Positions 53,201 to 64,000 of a stretch of DNA of 64,000 nucleotides are shown here, piece after piece; within the stretch, counting starts at the first letter, position 1; every line of letters begins with the position of its first letter. The position numbers were made by a program, and so were the translations under genes. The DNA is taken from assembly GCF_009914755.1 (NCBI RefSeq), contig NC_060935.1. One strand, written 5' to 3'. Source of the DNA: the human T2T-CHM13v2.0 reference genome, Homo sapiens. Below the pieces are notes generated by a model that searched no databases, was not told the origin of the DNA, and worked only from the letters and a program-made list of their open reading frames with translations.

Positions 53201-56200
53201 TGTAAATTCCACCTCCTACCTCTGTCTGTCCTCACTGCCATTCTCCCATCAGACATCAAGTCTTATAAATTCCACCTCCTACCTCTGTCTATCCTCACTA
53301 CCATTCTCCCATCAGACATCAAGTCTTGTAAATTCCACCTCCTACCTCTGTCTATCCTCACGGCCATTCTCCCATCAGACATCAAGTCTTGTATATTCCA
53401 CCTCCTACCTCTGTCTATCCTCACTGCCATTCTCCCATCGACATCAAGTCTTGTAAATTCCACCTCCTACCTCTGTCTGTCCTCACTGCCATTCTCCCAT
53501 CAGACATCAAGTCTTGTAAATTCCACCTCCTACCTCTGTCTATCCTCACTGCCGTTCTCCCATCAGACATCAAGTCTTGTAAATTCCACCTCCTACCTCT
53601 GTCTATCCTCACTGCCGTTCTCCCATCAGACATCAAGTCTTGTAAATTCCACCTCCTACCTCTGTCTATCATCACTGCCATTCTCCCATCAGACATCAAG
53701 TCTTGTAAATTCCACCTCCTACCTCTGTCTATCATCACTGCCATTCTCCCATCAGACATCAAGTCTTGTAAATTCCACCTCCCACCTCTGTCTGTCCTCA
53801 CTGCCGTTCTCCCATCAGACATCAAGTCTTGTAAATTCCACCTCCTACCTCTGTCTGTCCTCACTGCCGTTCTCCCATCAGACATCAAGTCTTGTAAATT
53901 CCACCTCCTACCTCTGTCTATCATCACTGCCGTTCTCCCATCAGACATCAAGTCTTGTAAATTCCACCTCCTACCTCTGTCTATCATCACTGCCATTCTC
54001 CCATCAGACATCAAGTCTTGTAAATTCCACCTCCTACCTCTGTCTGTCCTCACTGCCATTCTCCCATCAGACATCAAGTCTTGTAAATTCCACCTCCTAC
54101 CTCTCTCTGTCCTCACTGCCATTCTCCCATCAGACATCAAGTCTTGTAAATTCCACCTCCTACCTCTGTCTATCCTCACTGCCATTCTCCCATCAGACAT
54201 CAAGTCTTGTAAATTCCACCTCCTACCTCTGTCTATCCTCACTGCCATTCTCCCATCAGACATCAAGTCTTGTAAATTCCACCTCCTACCTCTGTCTGTC
54301 CTCACTGCAATTCTCCCATCAGACATCAAGTCTTGTAAATTCCACCTCCTACCTCTGTCTGTCCTCACTGCCATTCTCCCATCAGACATCAAGTCTTGTA
54401 AATTCCACCTCCTACCTCTGTCTGTCCTCACTGCCATTCTCCAATCAGACATCAAGTCTTGTAAATTCCACCTCCTACCTCTCTCTATCCTCACTGCCAT
54501 TCTCCCATCAGACATCAAGTCTTTTAAATTCCACCTCCTACCTCTGTCTGTCCTCACTGCCATTCTCCCATCAGACATCAAGTCTTGTAAATTCCACCTC
54601 CTACCTCTGTCTGTCCTCACTGCCATTCTCCCATCAGACATCAAGTCTTGTAAATTCCACCTCCTACCTCTGTCTGTCCTCACTGCCATTCTCCCATCAG
54701 ACATCAAGTCTTATAAATTCCACCTCCTACCTCTGTCTATCCTCACTACCATTCTCCCATGAGACATCAAGTCTTGTAAATTCCACCTCCTACCTCTGTC
54801 TTTCCTCACGGCCATTCTCCCATCAGACATCAAGTCTTGTATATTCCACCTCCTACCTCTGTCTATCCTCACTGCCATTCTCCCATCGACATCAAGTCTT
54901 GTAAATTCCACCTCCTACCTCTGTCTGTCCTCACTGCCATTCTCCCATCAGACATCAAGTCTTGTAAATTCCACCTCCTACCTCTGTCTATCCTCACTGC
55001 CGTTCTCCCATCAGACATCAAGTCTTGTAAATTCCACCTCCTACCTCTGTCTATCCTCACTGCCGTTCTCCCATCAGACATCAAGTCTTGTAAATTCCAC
55101 CTCCTACCTCTGTCTGTCCTCACTGCCGTTCTCCCATCAGACATCAAGTCTTGTAAATTCCACCTCCTACCTCTGTCTGTCCTCACTGCCATTCTCCCAT
55201 CAGACATCAAGTCTTGTAAATTCCACCTCCTACCTCTGTCTGTCCTCACTGCCATTCTCCCATCAGACATCAAGTCTTGTAAATTCCACCTCCTACCTCT
55301 GTCTATCCTCACTGCCATTCTCCCATCAGACATCAAATCTTGTAAATTCCACCTCCTACCTCTGTCTATCATCACTGCCATTCTCCCATCAGACATCAAG
55401 TCTTGTAAATTCCACCTCCTACCTCTGTCTATCATCACTGCCATTCTCCCATCAGACATCAAGTCTTGTAAATTCCACCTCCTACCTCTGTCTGTCCTCA
55501 CTGCCATTCTCCGATCAGACATCAAGTCTTGTAAATTCCACCTCCTACCTCTGTCTGTCCAAACTGCCATTCTCCCATCAGACATCAAGTCTTGTAAATT
55601 CCACCTCCTACCTCTGTCTGTCCTCACTGCCATTCTCCCATCAGACGTCAAGTCTTGTAAATTCCACCTCCTACCTCTCTCTATCCTCACTGCCATTCTC
55701 CCATCAGACATCAAGTCTTGTAAATTCCACCTCCTACCTCTGTCTATCCTCACTGCCATTCTCCCACCAGACATCAAGTCTTGTAAATTCCACCTCCTAC
55801 GTCTGTCTATCCTCACTGCCATTCTCCCATCAGACATCAAGTCTTGTAAATTCCACCTCCTACCTCTGTCTATCCTCACTGCCGTTCTCCCATCAGACAT
55901 CAAGTCTTGTAAATTCCACCTCCTACCTCTGTCTATCCTCACTGCCGTTCTCCCATCAGACATCAAGCCTTGTAAATTCCACCTCCTACCTCTGTCTATC
56001 CTCACTGCCGTTCTCCCATCAGACATCAAGTCTTGTAAATTCCACCTCCTACCTCTGTCTATCCTCACTGCCATTCTCCCATCAGACATCAAGTCTTGTA
56101 AATTCCACCTCCTACCTCTGTCTGTCCTCACTGCCATTCTCCCATCAGACATCAAGTCTTGTAAATTCCACCTCCTACCTCTGTCTGTCCTCACTGCCAT

Positions 56201-59200
56201 TCTCCCATCAGACATCAAGTCTTGTAAATTCCACCTCCTACCTCTGTCTGTCCTCACTGCCATTCTCCCATCAGACATCAAGTCTTGTAAATTCCACCTC
56301 CTACCTCTGTCTGTCCTCACTGCCATTCTCCCATCAGACATCAAGTCTTGTAAATTCCACCTCCTACCTCTGTCTGTCCTCACTGCCATTCTCCCATCAG
56401 ACATCAAGTCTTGTAAATTCCACCTCCTACCTCTGTCTATCCTCCCTGCCATTCTCCCATCAGACATCAAGTCTTGTAAATTCCACCTCCTACCTCTGGC
56501 TATCCTAACTGCCATTCTCCCATCAGACATCAAGTCTTGTAAATTCCACCTCCTACCTCTGTCTATCCTCACTGCCATTCTCCCATCAGACATCAAGTCT
56601 TGTAAATTCCACCTCCTACCTCTGTCTATCCTCACTGCCATTCTCCCATCAGACATCAAGTCTTGTAAATTCCACCTCCTACCTCTGTCTATCCTCACTG
56701 CCATTCTCCCATCAGACATCAAGTCTTGTAAATTCCACCTCCTACCTCTGTCTATCCTCACTGCCATTCTCCCATCAGACATCAAGTCTTGTAAATTCCA
56801 CCTCCTACCTCTGTCTGTCCTCACTGCCATTCTCCCATCAGACATCAAGTCTTGTAAATTCCACCTCCTACCTCTGTCTGTCCTCACTGCCATTCTCCCA
56901 TCAGACATCAAGTCTTGTAAATTCCACCTCCTACCTCTCTCTGTCCTCACTGCCATTCTCCCATCAGACATCAAGTCTTGTAAATTCCACCTCCTACCTC
57001 TGTCTATCCTCACTGCCATTCTCCCATCAGACATCAAGTCTTGTAAATTCCACCTCCTACCTCTGTCTATCCTCACTGCCATTCTCCCATCAGACATCAA
57101 GTCTTGTAAATTCCACCTCCTACCTCTGTCTGTCCTCACTGCCATTCTCCCATCAGACATCAAGTCTTGTAAATTCCACCTCCTACCTCTGTCTGTCCTC
57201 ACTGCCATTCTCCCATCAGACATCAAGTCTTGTAAATTCCACCTCCTACCTCTGTCTGTCCTCACTGCCATTCTCCAATCAGACATCAAGTCTTGTAAAT
57301 TCCACCTCCTACCTCTCTCTATCCTCACTGCCATTCTCCCATCAGACATCAAGTCTTTTAAATTCCACCTCCTACCTCTGTCTGTCCTCACTGCCATTCT
57401 CCCATCAGACATCAAGTCTTGTAAATTCCACCTCCTACCTCTGTCTGTCCTCACTGCCATTCTCCCATCAGACATCAAGTCTTGTAAATTCCACCTCCTA
57501 CCTCTGTCTGTCCTCACTGCCATTCTCCCATCAGACATCAAGTCTTATAAATTCCACCTCCTACCTCTGTCTATCCTCACTACCATTCTCCCATCAGACA
57601 TCAAGTCTTGTAAATTCCACCTCCTACCTCTGTCTATCCTCACGGCCATTCTCCCATCAGACATCAAGTCTTGTATATTCCACCTCCTACCTCTGTCTAT
57701 CCTCACTGCCATTCTCCCATCGACATCAAGTCTTGTAAATTCCACCTCCTACCTCTGTCTGTCCTCACTGCCATTCTCCCATCAGACATCAAGTCTTGTA
57801 AATTCCACCTCCTACCTCTGTCTATCCTCACTGCCGTTCTCCCATCAGACATCAAGTCTTGTAAATTCCACCTCCTACCTCTGTCTATCCTCACTGCCGT
57901 TCTCCCATCAGACATCAAGTCTTGTAAATTCCACCTCCTACCTCTGTCTGTCCTCACTGCCGTTCTCCCATCAGACATCAAGTCTTGTAAATTCCACCTC
58001 CTACCTCTGTCTGTCCTCACTGCCATTCTCCCATCAGACATCAAGTCTTGTAAATTCCACCTGCTACCTCTGTCTGTCCTCACTGCCATTCTCCCATCAG
58101 ACATCAAGTCTTGTAAATTCCACCTCCTACCTCTGTCTATCCTCACTGCCATTCTCCCATCAGACATCAAGTCTTGTAAATTCCACCTCCTACCTCTGTC
58201 TATCATCACTGCCATTCTCCCATCAGACATCAAGTCTTGTAAATTCCACCTCCTACCTCTGTCTATCATCACTGCCATTCTCCCATCAGACATCAAGTCT
58301 TGTAAATTCCACCTCCTACCTCTGTCTGTCCTCACTGCCATTCTCCGATCAGACATCAAGTCTTGTAAATTCCACCTCCTACCTCTGTCTGTCCAAACTG
58401 CCATTCTCCCATCAGACATCAAGTCTTGTAAATTCCACCTCCTACCTCTGTCTGTCCTCACTGCCATTCTCCCATCAGACGTCAAGTCTTGTAAATTCCA
58501 CCTCCTACCTCTCTCTATCCTCACTGCCATTCTCCCATCAGACATCAAGTCTTGTAAATTCCACCTCCTACCTCTGTCTATCCTCACTGCCATTCTCCCA
58601 CCAGACATCAAGTCTTGTAAATTCCACCTCCTACCTCTGTCTATCCTCACTGCCATTCTCCCATCAGACATCAAGTCTTGTAAATTCCACCTCCTACCTC
58701 TGTCTATCCTCACTGCCGTTCTCCCATCAGACATCAAGTCTTGTAAATTCCACCTCCTACCTCTGTCTATCCTCACTGCCGTTCTCCCATCAGACATCAA
58801 GTCTTGTAAATTCCACCTCCTACCTCTGTCTATCCTCACTGCCGTTCTCCCATCAGACATCAAGTCTTGTAAATTCCACCTCCTACCTCTGTCTATCCTC
58901 ACTGCCATTCTCCCATCAGACATCAAGTCTTGTAAATTCCACCTCCTACCTCTGTCTGTCCTCACTGCCATTCTCCCATCAGACATCAAGTCTTGTAAAT
59001 TCCACCTCCTACCTCTGTCTGTCCTCACTGCCATTCTCCCATCAGACATCAAGTCTTGTAAATTCCACCTCCTACCTCTGTCTGTCCTCACTGCCATTCT
59101 CCCATCAGACATCAAGTCTTGTAAATTCCACCTCCTACCTCTGTCTGTCCTCACTGCCATTCTCCCATCAGACATCAAGTCTTGTAAATTCCACCTCCTA

Positions 59201-62187
59201 CCTCTGTCTATCCTCACTGCCATTCTCCCATCAGACATCAAGTCTTGTAAATTCCACCTCCCACCTCTGTCTGTCCTCACTGCCATTCTCCCATCAGACA
59301 TCAAGTCTTGTAAATTCCACCTCCTACCTCTGTCTGTCCTCACTGCCATTCTCCCATCAGACATCAAGTCTTGTAAATTCCACCTCCTACCTCTGTCTGT
59401 CCTCACTGCCATTCTCCCATCAGACATCAAGTCTTGTAAATTCCACCTCCTACCTCTGTCTGTCCTCACTGCCATTCTCCCATCAGACATCAAGTCTTGT
59501 AAATTCCACCTCCTACCTCTGTCTGTCCTCACTGCCATTCTCCCATCAGACATCAAGTCTTGTAAATTCCACCTCCTACCTCTGTCTATCCTCACTGCCA
59601 TTCTCCCATCAGACATCAAGTCTTGTAAATTCCACCTCCTACCTCTGTCTGTCCTCACTGCCATTCTCCCATCAGACATCAAGTCTTGTAAATTCGACCT
59701 CCTACCTCTGTCTATCCTCACTGCCATTCTCCCATCAGACATCAAGTCTTGTAAATTCCACCTCCTACCTCTGTCTATCCTCACTGCCATTCTCCCATCA
59801 GACATCAAGTCTTGTAAATTCCACCTCCTACCTCTGTCTATCCTCACTGCCATTCTCCCATCAGACATCAAGTCTTGTAAATTCCACCTCCTACCTCTGT
59901 CTGTCCTCACTGCCATTCTCCAATCAGACATCAAGTCTTGTAAATTCCACCTCCTACCTCTGTCTGTCCTCACTGCCATTCTCCCATCAGACATCAAGTC
60001 TTGTAAATTCCACCTCCTACCTCTCTCTGTCCTCACTGCCATTCTACCATCAGACATCAAGTCTTGTAAATTCCACCTCCTACCTCTGTCTATCCTCACT
60101 GCCATTCTCCCATCAGACATCAAGTCTTGTAAATTCCACCTCCTACCTCTGTCTATCCTCACTGCCATTCTCCCATCAGACTTCAAGTCTTGTAAATTCC
60201 ACCTCCTACCTCTGTCTGTTCTCACTGCCATTCTCCCATCAGACATCAAGTCTTGTAAATTCCACCTCCTACCTCTGTCTGTCCTCATTGCCATTCTCCC
60301 ATCAGACATCAAGTCTTGTAAATTCCACCTCCTACCTCTGTCTGTCCTCACTGCCATTCTCCCATCAGACATCAAGTCTTGTAAATTCCACCTCCTACCT
60401 CTCTCTATCCTCACTGCCATTCTCCCATCAGACATCAAGTCTTGTAAATTCCACCTCCTACCTCTGTCTGTCCTCACTGCCATTCTCCCATGAGACATCA
60501 AGTCTTGTAAATTCCACCTCCTACCTCTGTCTGTCCTCACTGCCATTCTCCCATCAGACATCAAGTCTTGTAAATTCCACCTCCTACCTCTGTCTATCCT
60601 CACTGCCATTCTCCCATCAGACATCAAGTCTTGTAAATTCCACCTCCTACCTCTGTCTATCCTCACTGCCATTCTCCCATCAGACATCAAGTCTTGTAAA
60701 TTCCACCTCCTACCTCTGTCTGTCCTCACTGCCATTCTCCCATCAGACATCAAGTCTTGTAAATTCCACCTCCTACCTCTGTCTGTCCTCACTGCCATTC
60801 TCCCATCAGACATCAAGTCTTGTAAATTCCACCTCCTACCTCTGTCTGTCCTCACTGCCATTCTCCCATCAGACATCAAGTCTTGTAAATTCCACCTCCT
60901 ACCTCTGTCTATCCTCACTGCCATTCTCCCATCAGACATCAAGTCTTGTAAATTCCACCTCCTACCTCTGTCTGTCCTCACTGCCATTCTCCCATCAGAC
61001 ATCAAGTCTTGTAAATTCCACCTCCTACCTCTGTCTATCCTCACTGCCATTCTCCCATCAGACATCAAGTCTTGTAAATTCCACCTCCTACCTCTGTCTA
61101 TCCTCACTGCCATTCTCCCATCAGACATCAAGTCTTGTAAATTCCACCTCCTACCTCTGTCTGTCCTCACTGCCATTCTCCCATCAGACATCAAGTCTTG
61201 TAAATTCCACCTCCTACCTCTGTCTATCCTCACTGCCATTCTCCCATCAGACATCAAGTCTTGTAAATTCCACCTCCTACCTCTGTCTGTCCTCACTGCC
61301 ATTCTCCCATCAGACATCAAGTCTTGTAAATTCCACCTCCTACCTCTGTCTGTCCTCACTGCCATTCTCCCATCAGACATCAAGTCTTGTAAATTCCACC
61401 TCCTACCTCTGTCTATTCTCACTGCCATTCTCCCATCAGACATCAAGTCTTGTAAATTCCACCTCCTACCTCTTTCTATCCTCACTGCCATTCTCCCATC
61501 AGACATCAAGTCTTGTAAATTCCACCTCCTACCTCTGTCTATCCTCACTGCCATTCTCCCATCAGACATCAAGTCTTGTAAATTCCACCTCCTACCTCTG
61601 TCTGTCCTCACTGCCATTCTCCCATCAGACATCAAGTCTTGTAAATTCCACCTCCTACCTCTGTCTATCCTCACTGCCATTCTCCCATGAGACGTCAAGT
61701 CTTGTAAATTCCACCTCCTACCTCTGTCTATCCTCACTGCCATTCTCCCATCAGACATCAAGTCTTGTAAATTCCACCTCCTACCTCTGTCTATCCTCAC
61801 TGCCATTCTCCCATCAGACATCAAGTCTTGTAAATTCCACCTCCTACCTCTGTCTATCCTCACTGCCATTCTCCCATCAGACATCAAGTCTTGTAAATTC
61901 CACCTCCTACCTCTGTCTGTCCTCACTGCCATTCTCCCATCAGACATCAAGTCTTGTAAATTCCACCTCCTACCTCTGTCTGTCCTCACTGCCATTCTCC
62001 CATCAGACATCAAGTCTTGTAAATTCCACCTCCTACCTCTGTCTGTCCTCACTGCCATTCTCCCATCAGACATCAAGTCTTGTAAATTCCACCTCCTACC
62101 TCTGTCTATCCTCACTGCCATTCTCCCATCAGACATCAAGTCTTGTAAATTCCACCTCCTGCCTCTGTCTGTCCTCACTGCCATTCT
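41214..62187. repeat. 63-bp VNTR/minisatellite, 333 units, ~21 kb (ART1 intronic VNTR)
   Basis: Unit CCCATCAGACATCAAGTCTTGTAAATTCCACCTCCTACCTCTGTCT(A/G)TCCTCACTGCCATTCT. 20974 bp plus five 1-bp-deleted units gives 20979 = 333 x 63. Confidence 0.99.
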
Positions 62188-62319
62188 CTTACTCAGGTCC
62201 ACTAATTCCATGTCCTCAGTCTGCCTTCAAGCCTCTCCTCCCCTCAAGCCTCTGATGTATCTTGTTTACTGTAGAGCAGATGCAGACAGAAACAGAGCTG
62301 TGGAGACAGAATGAGAGAT

Positions 62320-63170
62320 ACAGCTGGCCCAGTGGGCTTTTGCTGCATAACTATTTTGCCGTGTGCCACAAAATCTCAGTGGCAAACAAACATTTACTCC
62401 CAGGCTCATGGTCTTTGGGTTGACGGCAAGTGGCTTATCTAAACTGGACTTGGTTGGGCAGCTCTGCTCAGGCCGCCGGTCTGGCTCAGCTGGGGTCTTC
62501 CTTGCTCTGGGCTGGGCTCAGGTCTGTTCCTCACGTGTTCATTCTGGGGGTCCAGACTAAAGAAGAATCTTCCAAAGAAAAGACTCTCAGTTTCCTTCCC
62601 CCAAAAGCAGACCCACAGACAAGTACATGGGTGCAGTGAGCTTCTTTGTAAAGTGATCCCAAGAAATACAAGTCAGGGAGCGGCAAAGTCAGAGAAGAGA
62701 AAAGCAGCCAATTAAAAGCCTGTTACCACTGTCATCAACTAGTCCCACTGGGGACCCTCTATGGGACAGGAAGTCTGACTTCCAGCCCTCATTGGTTGAA
62801 GGCTGTCCTTGAGAATATTAAATCCCTTACACTTTTGGCCTGCCCTGTGCTCACAAAAAACAGGCTCCCAGGGTGATGGAGAATGCTTCAGAGACAGAAA
62901 AATGTGAGCCCTAGAAGTGGGAGGCTGACAGCCTGCATGAGAACTATCCACTGCACCTGCATGTGGACTCGAAGACAGTCTCCGGGAATATGGGCTGAGG
63001 AATCCACAGTGTCAGGTACACTCTCTTTTACCCTGCATCCATAGATCAACTCGCAGGAAGGCCTCTGATTGGCCTTCTTGGGTCATGTGCCCATCCATGA
63101 GCCAGTCACAATGGTCAAAGCCTTAGGGCACCAGTCCTGGGGCATGTGTTCCTCTCATGGGGTGCATAGA
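62320..63170. mobile_element. Old MaLR/ERVL-type LTR fragments
   Basis: TGCTGCATAAC...CAAAATCTCAGTGGC and TCTGATTGGCC...GGGTCATGTGCCCA motifs typical of MLT1; subfamily not determined. Confidence 0.45.
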
Positions 63171-63286
63171 ATGAGAAAAGCCCCACCTGAGCCCATGACT
63201 GGATTCTACACAGGAAAGTGAGGAACTAGTAACAGCAGCTCTAGCCTCCTTGCTGGACTTCAAGAGACCACAGACAAGAGCTCAAG

Positions 63287-64000
<714 letters not shown>

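Noticed and set aside
41214-62187. CRISPR-like array
   Set aside because: Head-to-tail identical units with no unique spacers, no cas genes, primate DNA
41162-62255. Giant 400-2472 aa ORFs as real protein-coding genes
   Set aside because: Explained by a 63-bp unit that is stop-free in several frames on both strands; frames switch at 1-bp deletions and variants show no synonymous bias

Overview
Human (hominoid) genomic DNA that I recognise from its translations as the chr11p15.4 TRPC2-ART5-ART1 locus. From 5' to 3': (1) the last two exons of a C-terminal Xndc1 relic (XNDC1CP-like) encoding two tandem C-x2-C-x11-H-x3-C zinc fingers; (2) the complete 13-exon TRPC2 pseudogene (+), with all splice sites canonical and six visible lesions (2 frameshifts, 4 stops); (3) the intact ecto-ADP-ribosyltransferase gene ART5 (-) with a CpG-rich 5' end; (4) a solo ERVK-type LTR next to the probable non-coding first exon of ART1 (+); (5) in ART1 intron 1, a 5.7-kb sense-oriented HERV-H provirus with a 5-bp target-site duplication, followed by a 21-kb minisatellite of 333 copies of a 63-bp unit. 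The array appears to derive from an L2 fragment and has kilobase-scale internal duplications. Alus are abundant. The genes and the VNTR are known. The less obvious points are: each VNTR unit resembles a 3' splice site in the ART1 sense; the two LTRs have lost complementary promoter elements; and a spliced 104-aa tandem zinc-finger ORF with strong Kozak context survives in the XNDC1 relic. All functional ideas are untested hypotheses. Gene and repeat names rest on recognition from memory, not database searches.
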